Assembly (NCBI GenBank): GCA_963735025.1
Contig: CAVTJG010000019.1
Span: 28,596 to 92,595 of the forward strand
DNA from: an uncultured beta proteobacterium
Lineage (GTDB): Bacteria; Pseudomonadota; Gammaproteobacteria; Burkholderiales; SG8-39
DNA: 64,000 nt
Reading direction: 5' to 3'
The notes under the pieces are model-generated. The model ran no database searches and had not been told where the DNA came from. It saw only the letters and a list, made by a program, of their open reading frames with translations. A program made the position numbers and the translations under genes. Below, in pieces: positions 32,708-41,259 of the stretch (its first letter is position 1; each line of letters opens with the position of its first letter).

Positions 32708-33643
32708 TCAGCCTCCCTGCACATGTGCAATGGCTGCCTCGATGGCGTCCCGATCGTTGAGTGCAAGGCCTTCGACGCCCTCGACGCTCCGCTTGACAAG
32801 CGGGGCCAGGACTTTGCCGGGCCCGCACTCGGCGACGCACGTCACGCCGCTCGCCGCCATGGCGCGCATCGTCTCCACCCAGCGCACCGGATGGTTCGCC
32901 TGCCGCACCAGTGCATCGCGCACCTGATCCGGTTCGCCATAGCTCTTGACGTCCACGTTGTGCAGCACCGGAATTCTCGGCGAGCGAACGTCGACGGTGG
33001 CCAGCACTTCGCGGAGTCGCGCCGCGGCGGGCGCAAGCAGCGAAGAATGGAACGGGGCACTCACCGGAAGCATGATCGCGCGCTTCGCTCCGCGTGCTTT
33101 GGCGGCCGCAATTGCACGCTGCACGGCAGCCGCATGTCCGGCGATCACGACCTGGCTCGGCGCGTTGTAGTTCACTGGCTCCACGACCTGACCTTCGGAA
33201 GCCTCGGCGCACGCCGCCTGGACGGCTGCGTCCTCGAGGCCCAGGATCGCCGCCATCGCACCCTCGCCTTGCGGCACGGCATCCTGCATCGCCTGAGCGC
33301 GGATCCGTACGAGTGGCAGCGCTGCCGCAAACTCGAGGGCACCCGCGACGACCAGCGCCGTGTACTCTCCCAGGCTGTGTCCGGCAACCAGCGCGGGTTC
33401 CGGACCGCCCAGTGCGCGCCAGACGCGGTAGGCCGCAACCCCGGCGGTCAGCATCACCGGCTGGGTGTTCACCGTCCGGTTGAGCTCCTCCGCGGGCCCC
33501 TCCGCGATCAGCTTGCCGATGTCCTGCTTGAGCACATCGGATGCTGTCGCCAGCACCTCGCGCACTTCGGGCGACTCTCCGTAGCCCTGCAGCATGCCGA
33601 CGGACTGCGAGCCTTGCCCGGGGAACACCAACGCAAATCTCAT
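32708..33643 (-). CDS. fabD: Malonyl-CoA-ACP transacylase
   Basis: 'FPGQGSQ', 'GHSLGEY', 'VSAPFHS'. Confidence 0.96.
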   Translation of the reverse strand: MRFALVFPGQGSQSVGMLQGYGESPEVREVLATASDVLKQDIGKLIAEGPAEELNRTVNTQPVMLTAGVAAYRVWRALGGPEPALVAGHSLGEYTALVVAGALEFAAALPLVRIRAQAMQDAVPQGEGAMAAILGLEDAAVQAACAEASEGQVVEPVNYNAPSQVVIAGHAAAVQRAIAAAKARGAKRAIMLPVSAPFHSSLLAPAAARLREVLATVDVRSPRIPVLHNVDVKSYGEPDQVRDALVRQANHPVRWVETMRAMAASGVTCVAECGPGKVLAPLVKRSVEGVEGLALNDRDAIEAAIAHVQGG

Positions 33644-33674
33644 CGATTCGAGCTCCTCATCCCTGATCGTTACG

Positions 33675-34635
33675 CTACATCTCCACCAGCGCCGCGCCCC
33701 ACGTGAACCCGCCCCCGACCCCCTGGAGCATCACGCGGTGGCCGGCGCGGATGCGTCCATCGCGCACAGCGAGATCCAGCGCGAGCGGAACCGATGCCGC
33801 CGACGTGTTCGCATGCTGATCCACGGTCACGATGAGCCTTTCGCGCGGGATCTTCAGTCGTTTCGCCGTCGCCTCCAGGATGCGCACGTTGGCCTGGTGC
33901 GGAATCAGCCAGTCGACATCCTCCAGCGTCAGCCCGCAGCGGGACACCGTCTCCCGCGCGACTTCGTCGAGCACCCTCACTGCGAGCTTGAATACGGCCT
34001 GGCCGTCCATGCGAAGGAACGGCACGCCGATCACCGATCCCCCGCTCACGTTCCCTGGCGTGGAGAGGATTCCCGCCTGACTACCGTCCGCATGCAGGAC
34101 CGACCCGAGCACGCCCGGGCGCGAGTCCGCACGCAGCACGACCGCCCCCGCTCCATCGCCGAACAGAACGCAGGTGCTCCGATCGCTCCAATCGAGGATT
34201 CGCGAGAACACCTCGCTGCCGATGATCAGCGCTGTGCGCGCCTGCCCTGCCCGTATGAGACTGTCCGCGAGCGCGAGCGCATACACGAACCCACTGCAGA
34301 CGGCCTGGACATCGAACGCCGGGCATCCCTTCACGCCGAGCCGCGCCTGCACCAGGCACGCAGTGCTCGGAAAAACGAAATCCGGCGTGGACGTCGCAAC
34401 GATGATGAGGTCCAGATCCGCGGCCGACACGCCAGCCGCGGCAAGCGCGGCGTTGCTTGCCTCCACCGCGAGATCGCTGGAGGTCTGATCGGCGCTCGCG
34501 ATGTGCCGCTGCTTTATTCCGGTGCGCGAGACGATCCACTCGTCCGAGGTATCGACACGCCGCGCGAGATCGTCGTTGCTCACCGCGTTCGGTGGCAAGT
34601 AGCTTCCGGTGCCGACGATTCGCGGTGAAGATCAT
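33675..34635 (-). CDS. fabH: 3-oxoacyl-ACP synthase III; apparent 1-nt insertion near 34625
   Basis: 'AVCSGF', 'PHQAN.RI', 'NTSAAS'; ATG 34635 overlaps plsX stop, and 'IVGTGSYLP' is in frame only after removing one base. Confidence 0.92.
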
Positions 34636-35681
34636 GCTGCGGCCTCTGCCCCCTCTGCGTCCCCGCCGCCCGAAGGTTGCGTCGTCCCGACTATACGCGC
34701 GAGCACGTCGTGCCGGACCTCCTCCGCCGCCCGCTCCAGCGCGCGCTGAAATGCGTAGCTGTCCGCCGATCCGTGGCTCTTGACGACGATGCCGCGCAGA
34801 CCGAGCAACGTTGCCCCATTGTAGCGGCGATGATCGACGCGCCGCCTGAAGCGGTTGATCACCGGCAGCGCGATCAGCGCGCTCAACTTCGCGAAAACGC
34901 CGCGCGTGAACTCCTCGCGCAGGAAACTGCCGAGCATCTGCGCGAGACCCTCGGATGTCTTGAGTGCGACGTTCCCGACGAAACCGTCGCAAACGATCAC
35001 ATCCGCTTCGCCGCGGTAGATTCCGTCGCCTTCCACGTTCCCGACGAAGTTGAGCCCACTCGCGCGCAGTAGCTCAGCCGCCTGCTTGACGACGTCGTTT
35101 CCCTTGATCGCCTCCTCGCCGATATTGAGCAGGCCGACGGTCGGACGTTCCTTGTGCTCCACCGCCGCCACGAGCGACGCGCCCATCACCGCGAACTGAA
35201 GCAGATTCTCGGGGGTGCAGTCGACGTTTGCGCCGAGGTCGAGCATGTAAGTGCTGCCCTTCATCGTGGGCAGCACCGAAGCGATTGCAGGGCGGTCGAT
35301 TCCCGGCAAGGTCTTCAAAACGAACCGCGAGATCGCCATCAGCGCGCCGGTGTTGCCCGCGCTGACGCAGGCGTCCGCAGCGCCGCTCTTCACGAGATTC
35401 GCCGCGACGCGCATCGACGAGTCTTTCTTGTTGCGCAAGGCCTGCCGCAGCGGCTCGTCCATTGCGACCACCTCGGCGGCGTGCTGCACGGTGAGCCGGC
35501 CGCCGTGCGCGGATTTCCCGCGTTGCAGCTCGCGTTCGATGGGTGCCTGTTGACCCACGAGGATCAACCGGTCTTCAGAATGGGAATCGAGAAACGCCAG
35601 CGCCGCGGGCACGGTGACCGGCGGGCCGTGATCACCACCCATGCAGTCGATCGCCAGCGTGACGGGCTTGGTCACGGGCAA
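34632..35681 (-). CDS. plsX: Phosphate acyltransferase PlsX
   Basis: '[10 protein letters not shown]', 'SAGNTGALM', 'DLGANVD', 'KSHGS'. Confidence 0.96.
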   Translation of the reverse strand: MPVTKPVTLAIDCMGGDHGPPVTVPAALAFLDSHSEDRLILVGQQAPIERELQRGKSAHGGRLTVQHAAEVVAMDEPLRQALRNKKDSSMRVAANLVKSGAADACVSAGNTGALMAISRFVLKTLPGIDRPAIASVLPTMKGSTYMLDLGANVDCTPENLLQFAVMGASLVAAVEHKERPTVGLLNIGEEAIKGNDVVKQAAELLRASGLNFVGNVEGDGIYRGEADVIVCDGFVGNVALKTSEGLAQMLGSFLREEFTRGVFAKLSALIALPVINRFRRRVDHRRYNGATLLGLRGIVVKSHGSADSYAFQRALERAAEEVRHDVLARIVGTTQPSGGGDAEGAEAAA

Positions 35682-35766
35682 GCGCCGGCGCGCTCCGAAG
35701 CGAGCACGACTCCTTCGGTTTCTCGCACGAGCAGGGGTGCGGAGCGTCCGCGTCGGCGGGCGCCGA

Positions 35767-35949
35767 CTACTCGTCGCTCTTCGCTTTGACGACTTTCTTC
35801 CCGCGGTAGAAACCGCTCGGACTCACATGGTGCCGAAGATGCACCTCGCCCGTGGACGGCTCGAGGGCGAGTGCCGGCTTGCCGAGGAAGTCATGCGACC
35901 GGCGCATGTCGCGTCGCGACGGAGATTTTTTGTTCTGCTGAACAGCCAT
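35767..35949 (-). CDS. rpmF: 50S ribosomal protein L32
   Basis: '[18 protein letters not shown]', '[14 protein letters not shown]'. Confidence 0.96.
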   Translation of the reverse strand: MAVQQNKKSPSRRDMRRSHDFLGKPALALEPSTGEVHLRHHVSPSGFYRGKKVVKAKSDE

Positions 35950-35990
35950 TAGTCGTGCTCCTCAAGAAGTGAACCAATTGCCGGGAGCGA

Positions 35991-36479
35991 TCAGTTCTTC
36001 GTCCGGCCTGATTGCAATACTGCGAGGGCAGCGAACGGCGACTCCCCCTTGCTGCCCGAATCGCTTGCGGCCACCGGACACTCATCGTGCGTCGGCACCA
36101 TGGGAAGGGCGAGGATCACCTCGTCTTCCACCAATTCATCCACCACCATCGCCCGGCTCGCCAGCACCCGGTCGATATCGTCGTCTGCTCCATCGATCTC
36201 GCGCTGCGACGCCACCAGCTCCAGCTCGGCGTGCGCCGTGACCTGCACCGCGACCGGTTCGAGGCACCGCTGGCAGGCAAGGTCGACCTGTCCGGCCACG
36301 TCTAAGTGCAAGCCCGGTTTCCCCTGGGTCGTTGCACCGCCCCGGATCGCGTACTCTATCCGAGCCAGACTGCAGCCCAGCTCCGCGAGCCTCGGCAGAT
36401 CTGCGAGTTCGAGCGTCCCTGCAAGCCTGCCGCCCACGCGGGCGAAGTCGAGCCCGTCGATGACGCCGCCTTGCAACAT
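35991..36479 (-). CDS. yceD: YceD/DUF177 family protein
   Basis: 'CQRCL', 'EDEVILALP', 'SPFAAL'; upstream of rpmF. Confidence 0.9.
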   Translation of the reverse strand: MLQGGVIDGLDFARVGGRLAGTLELADLPRLAELGCSLARIEYAIRGGATTQGKPGLHLDVAGQVDLACQRCLEPVAVQVTAHAELELVASQREIDGADDDIDRVLASRAMVVDELVEDEVILALPMVPTHDECPVAASDSGSKGESPFAALAVLQSGRTKN

Positions 36480-36488
36480 AGGGGCGGC

Positions 36489-36517
36489 ATGATATGATTT
36501 TCGCGTCACTCTGTCAA
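36489..36517 (-). promoter_or_regulatory. Sigma70 promoter of yceD-rpmF-plsX-fab operon
   Basis: TTGACA-N17-TATCAT. Confidence 0.7.
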
Positions 36518-36561
36518 AAAAAACATAGAGGTAGCGCGAGTTTACCGCACGCGCACCGGCC

Positions 36562-37158
36562 ATGAATCCGCCCCGCTCCGCGCGTCCCCTCGTGCTCGCT
36601 TCGACCTCGCTGTACCGGCGGAAGCTGCTGGAGCGGCTGCGCGTGCCGTTCGAGGTCGTCGCACCCGGCGTCGACGAGACTCCACTCCCGGGAGAATCCC
36701 CCGCCGCATTGACGCAACGCCTGGCGATCGCCAAATCTCAGGCCGTCGGCAAGCTGCGCCCCGAGGCACTCGTCATCGGGTCCGACCAGGTGGCGGCGCT
36801 CGACGGTGAAGCCCTCTCCAAGCCGGAGGTCCACGCGCGCGCTGTCGACCAGCTGCAGCGCATGCGCGGGCGGCGCGTCGAGTTTCTCACCGCGCTCGCG
36901 GTGCATTGCGAAGCAACCGCCAGGACGGTCACGCGGACCGTCCCGTATGTCGTCGAGTTCCGCAGCTTCAGCGATCGCCAGCTGGAGGACTACCTGCGCG
37001 CCGAGCAGCCCTACGATTGCGCGGGCAGCGCGAAGGCCGACGGGCTCGGCATCGTGCTGATCCGGCGCATGGAAGGCGATGACCCGAATGCGCTGATCGG
37101 CTTGCCGCTCATTGCGCTCGTCGAGCTCCTCGCGGAGCACGGGTACGAAGTGATCTAG
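36562..37158 (+). CDS. Maf-family nucleoside triphosphate pyrophosphatase (YceF-like)
   Basis: 'LASTS.YRR.LL', 'IGSDQV', 'CAGS.K', 'LIGLP'. Confidence 0.92.
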   Translation: MNPPRSARPLVLASTSLYRRKLLERLRVPFEVVAPGVDETPLPGESPAALTQRLAIAKSQAVGKLRPEALVIGSDQVAALDGEALSKPEVHARAVDQLQRMRGRRVEFLTALAVHCEATARTVTRTVPYVVEFRSFSDRQLEDYLRAEQPYDCAGSAKADGLGIVLIRRMEGDDPNALIGLPLIALVELLAEHGYEVI

Positions 37159-37160
37159 TT

Positions 37161-37868
37161 GTGCCGGGGACGCTCTATCTCATACCGAGCCCGCTGGGGC
37201 CCGCCGAAACAGGCGACATTCTGCCGGCTGGCGTGCAGGCGCGTGTCCGGACGCTGCGCTACTTCATTGCCGAGCACCCGCGCACCGCACGGGCGTTTCT
37301 CAAGCAGATCGATCTCGGCTGCCCAATCGCGGAGGCGCGCATCGCCACACTGGACGAGCACACACCCCCTGAGTCGCTCGCTGCGCTATTGCAGCCGCTC
37401 GCCGCCGAAGATGGCGGGTTGCTTTCGGACGCCGGTGCGCCTGCCGTCGCCGATCCCGGCGCGGCGCTGATTCGTCTGGCGCATGCAAGAGGATTGCGGG
37501 TCGCGCCTCTGGTGGGCCCCTCTTCGATACTGCTTGCCTTGATGGCATCCGGCCTGGAAGGCCAACGCTTCGCCTTTCACGGCTATCTGCCCGTCGAGAA
37601 AAGCCAGCTCTCGCGCGCAGTGCGGGAGCACGAATCCGAATCGCGCAGGCTGCGTCAGACGCAGATCTTCATCGAGACCCCTTACCGGAACGACCGCCTG
37701 ATGGCAGCGCTCATTCGCACCTGCGAACCGGGAACGCTCGTCTGCCGCGCCACGGACCTCACGCTCGCGACCGAGTCGGTGCGCACTTCAACAGTGGAGG
37801 AATGGCGTCGTCAGCCCGCGACCATCGGCAAGCGCCCGACCGTCTTCCTGCTGCTCGCGTCAGCGTAG
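37161..37868 (+). CDS. SAM-dependent methyltransferase (tetrapyrrole methylase/RsmI-like)
   Basis: 'LYLIPSPLG', 'SDAG.P.VADPG', 'GPSSILLAL', 'FIETPYRN'. Confidence 0.88.
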   Translation: MPGTLYLIPSPLGPAETGDILPAGVQARVRTLRYFIAEHPRTARAFLKQIDLGCPIAEARIATLDEHTPPESLAALLQPLAAEDGGLLSDAGAPAVADPGAALIRLAHARGLRVAPLVGPSSILLALMASGLEGQRFAFHGYLPVEKSQLSRAVREHESESRRLRQTQIFIETPYRNDRLMAALIRTCEPGTLVCRATDLTLATESVRTSTVEEWRRQPATIGKRPTVFLLLASA

Positions 37869-38924
37869 GCGCGGACCGCGCGCCTCCGTGGAAAAACCGA
37901 CGGCGTCGGCGAGGGCTGCGCCAAAGCGCCTGGCAATCCGCTCGGCGACGTTGTCCTTGCGCGTGTAGTCGACGATCTGCTCGGCCTTGATCACGTCGCG
38001 CGCGACGAAGTCGACGCTGCCGTATCCGTCGGTCAGTCCGAGCTCGATGCTCTTGTCGCCGGTCCAGAACAGGCCGGAGAAGATTTCCGGCGAGTCCTTG
38101 AGACGCTTGCCGCGCCCCTTCTTCACCACCGCAATGAATTGCTGGTGGATGTCGTTCAGCAGGCTCTGGGCATGCTTGACATCTTCGGGCCGCAATGGCG
38201 AGAACGGATCCAGGAACGCCTTGTTCTCGCCGGCGGTGAGCACGCGCCGCTCGACACCGAGCTTCTGCATCGTTTCGGTGAAACCGAACTGATCCATGAT
38301 CACTCCGATGGACCCCACGATGCTCGCCTTGTCCACGTAGATCTTGTCGGCGGCCGAAGCGACGTAGTAGCCGCCCGAGGCGCAGATGTCCTCGACGACC
38401 GCGTACATCGGGATCTCCGGATACTTGGCGCGCAGCCGACCGATCTCGTCGTAGATGATCCCGGCCTGCACCGGGCTGCCACCCGGACTGTTCACGCGCA
38501 GGATCACCCCTTTGGTGTTCTTGTCCTTGAACGCCCCTTGCAGTGCCGCGGTGACGTTATCCGCGCTGGCGTTGCCCTTCGCCTGGATGACGCCATTGAG
38601 GTCGACCAGCGCGCTGTGCTTGCTGCCGGTGAGCCCGTCGTCGCCGGGCCAGTCGAACAGCATGACGATCAGAAAGGTCAGGTACGCGAAACCGAGCACC
38701 TTGAAGAAGATCCCCCAGCGTCGCGCGCGTCGTTGTTCCTTCAGCGCCGCGAACGCCAGCTTCTCCAGCACGCCGCGCTCCCACTTTTGGCTCCCGTCGC
38801 CGGCCTCGGGGCCGGCGCGACCGCTGCCACTGCTGCTGTAGTAGTGGTTCACGTCGTCGCGTCCTCCGTCATATCCACCGTCATTTCCACCGTCATTTCC
38901 ACCGTCATTTCCACCGCTAGTCAC
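37860..38924 (-). CDS. S49 family peptidase (SppA-like)
   Basis: 'NSPGGS', 'ASGGYY', 'VGSIGV'. Confidence 0.92.
   Translation of the reverse strand: MTSGGNDGGNDGGNDGGYDGGRDDVNHYYSSSGSGRAGPEAGDGSQKWERGVLEKLAFAALKEQRRARRWGIFFKVLGFAYLTFLIVMLFDWPGDDGLTGSKHSALVDLNGVIQAKGNASADNVTAALQGAFKDKNTKGVILRVNSPGGSPVQAGIIYDEIGRLRAKYPEIPMYAVVEDICASGGYYVASAADKIYVDKASIVGSIGVIMDQFGFTETMQKLGVERRVLTAGENKAFLDPFSPLRPEDVKHAQSLLNDIHQQFIAVVKKGRGKRLKDSPEIFSGLFWTGDKSIELGLTDGYGSVDFVARDVIKAEQIVDYTRKDNVAERIARRFGAALADAVGFSTEARGPRLR
38863..38916. repeat. 12-bp tandem repeat (CCACCGTCATTT, about 4.5 copies) in the S49 5' end
   Basis: Three perfect copies, one degenerate copy and one partial copy; encodes GGND-type repeats. 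Confidence 0.9.
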
Positions 38925-38928
38925 CAGA

Positions 38929-39270
38929 TCATTCCTTCAAACGTACTTCGCCATCACGCTCTTCGATTGCGACCTTCTCGAGCCCACCGCGGCACGGTCC
39001 GCCGAGGCATGCACCGGTCGCCGGGCCGTACAGGGCGCCATGCGAGGAGCATATCAAAAGCGGGCTCTCCGAATCGAAGAACTTGCCCGGCTCCCAGTCC
39101 AATTCCACACCGACGTGCGAGCAGCGATTGATATAAGCATGGGCCACGCCTTCATGCCGGATCGCAAATGCCCCCGCCGTCTCCCCCATGTGCTCGACTT
39201 CGAACCGCACGCCGTCACCGCCTTCCACCAGGTCGGCGGACGCGCAGATCAGGCGTGTTCGTCCAGCCAT
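38929..39270 (-). CDS. Rieske [2Fe-2S] ferredoxin
   Basis: 'NRCSH' and 'CSSHGALY' Rieske motifs. Confidence 0.9.
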   Translation of the reverse strand: MAGRTRLICASADLVEGGDGVRFEVEHMGETAGAFAIRHEGVAHAYINRCSHVGVELDWEPGKFFDSESPLLICSSHGALYGPATGACLGGPCRGGLEKVAIEERDGEVRLKE

Positions 39271-39905
39271 GCGGCAAGCTCGGCGGTGGATCGGGCGAGC
39301 GTCAGCGGTCCGAGAGCCGCCAACTGCTCGGCGGGGTGGGCGCCATAGCCCACCGCGACCGCCGCGACGCCGGCATTTGCGGCCATTCCCAGATCGTGCG
39401 CCGTGTCGCCGATCATCAGCGTACGCGCACGGTCCGTTGCAAGCTCGTTCATCAATTCGATCAGCATGTCGGGCGCCGGCTTCGGCGCGCACTGATCCGC
39501 GCAGCGAGTGGCCTCGAAGATACCGTCCAGCCCGAGATGTTCGAGTCCGCGCGCGAGCCCCACCTTGCTCTTGCCGGTGGCGATCGCCAGCCGGAAACCG
39601 TCTGCATGAAGCCCTTCCAATAGCTCGCGCGTCCCCGCGAAGAGCGGCAGATCCGCATCCCGTGCCATGAAATGATGACGGTAGCGCTCGGCCATCCGAC
39701 CGTACTCGGATGCCGGCAACTGCGGAACAGCGTAGGCCAGTGCGTCGGCAAGACCCAGGCCAATCACGTGCCGCGCCCGTTCATCATCGGGGACGGCCAG
39801 GCCGAGATCGCGTGCAGCCTCCTGAATGCAAGTAGCGATCGCCCCCGCGGAATCGATCAGCGTCCCGTCCCAGTCGAAGACCAGCAGCTCAAAGCGTTTC
39901 GGCAT
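39249..39905 (-). CDS. HAD-IA family hydrolase (phosphoglycolate phosphatase-like)
   Basis: 'FDWDGTLIDS', 'ATGK', 'KPAP', 'MIGDT.HD'. Confidence 0.92.
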   Translation of the reverse strand: MPKRFELLVFDWDGTLIDSAGAIATCIQEAARDLGLAVPDDERARHVIGLGLADALAYAVPQLPASEYGRMAERYRHHFMARDADLPLFAGTRELLEGLHADGFRLAIATGKSKVGLARGLEHLGLDGIFEATRCADQCAPKPAPDMLIELMNELATDRARTLMIGDTAHDLGMAANAGVAAVAVGYGAHPAEQLAALGPLTLARSTAELAAWLDEHA

Positions 39906-40848
39906 GGGGCGCAAACGAACGAATCCGGTCGAGAATCTCCCGCAGCTCGGCGGGCAGACGCGCAACGAGCGCCAGCCGATCGCCGGTGCGGGGATGCGCA
40001 AATTCGAGCCGCTCGGCATGCAGGAACATCCGCCGCGTCCCCTGCTTTGCAAGGACCTTGTTCAGGTCGAAGTCGCCATATTTCTCGTCCCCGACGACCG
40101 GGAATCCCAGCTGCGCCAGCTGGACGCGGATCTGATGCGTTCGCCCGGTCTCGATCGTCGCCGCCAGGAGGCTGTAGTCCCCGACCCGCTCGATCAGCTC
40201 GAAACGGGTGCGCGATTCGCGGCCGCCCGGATCGACGCTTACCCGGCGCTCACCCGCGGCCGTCAGGTACTTGCGCAATGGCAACGTCACGTCCCGCGAT
40301 GCACGGGTCCATCGGCCCTTCACGAGGACGAGATAGCGCTTGTCCACCCCCCCCTCCCGCAGCGCGCGATGCATCGCGAGCAGCGCCGAGCGCTTCTTGG
40401 CGACCATGAGGAGCCCTGAGGTGTCCCGATCGAGGCGGTGCACGAGCTCGAGAAAGCGCGCGTCCGGGCGGGCGGCGCGCAGCTGCTCGATTACCCCTGA
40501 ACTGATGCCGCTCCCGCCGTGGACCGCGACGCCGGCTGGCTTATCGATGACGAGCAAAGCGTCGTCCTCGTGAACCACAGGAAACTCGACCGGCCGCGCC
40601 GTCGGTCGCGGGGCGCCGCCGCTCGCCATTCGCACCGGCGGGATCCGGATCTTGTCCCCCGTCTGAAGCCGGTACGTCACATCCACCCGGCGGCTGTTCA
40701 CACGGACTTCGCCCGATCGGACCAGGCGATAGACGTGGCTGCGAGGCACGCCTTTCAGCTCGCGCAAGAGGAAATTGTCCACGCGCTGGCCGGACCGGGC
40801 GTCGTCCAGGACCAGAATGTGCGCCCTTGCGTTGCCTAACTCCTTCAT
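39889..40848 (-). CDS. rluC: 23S rRNA pseudouridine synthase RluC
   Basis: S4 domain, 'VHRLDRDTSG', 'TGRTHQIRV'; divergent from rne. Confidence 0.93.
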   Translation of the reverse strand: MKELGNARAHILVLDDARSGQRVDNFLLRELKGVPRSHVYRLVRSGEVRVNSRRVDVTYRLQTGDKIRIPPVRMASGGAPRPTARPVEFPVVHEDDALLVIDKPAGVAVHGGSGISSGVIEQLRAARPDARFLELVHRLDRDTSGLLMVAKKRSALLAMHRALREGGVDKRYLVLVKGRWTRASRDVTLPLRKYLTAAGERRVSVDPGGRESRTRFELIERVGDYSLLAATIETGRTHQIRVQLAQLGFPVVGDEKYGDFDLNKVLAKQGTRRMFLHAERLEFAHPRTGDRLALVARLPAELREILDRIRSFAPHAETL

Positions 40849-41259
40849 TCTCCTTATACTCCGCCGGCTGCCTTCGGAATCCGGGACAGCGGTCGTGGGG
40901 TTCCTGTGGCGCGTCTCGGACGCGCTCCATCGAATTGTTTCAAGTTGCAGCGTTTCAAGTTGCAACTTCCCGCGCCGCCGGACGTTCCGACTCGAATGTT
41001 GCGAAGGAGGCCGGTGCTCCGCACACGGCGTTCTTCAACTGGTCGTTTCGCTCACCACAAGTAGCGATGTTAATTGGATTAGCGCGCTAGACACAGCGGC
41101 AGAACCCAAGGCCCCGGCGACATGACGCCAACGGGGCTTCGACGACAAACCAGACCTCCCTCCGTGATCAACTCCGGAATGACGGCGACCATGCAAACCT
41201 GAAGAGCCAAAACTTCAGCGGCGTTGGTTTGTCCTGCCTGGGCGCAGGAGAAGAACTAA

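Noticed and set aside
30307..34628. Long plus-strand ORFs opposite the fab genes
   Set aside because: Antisense shadows of fabF, fabG, fabD and fabH.
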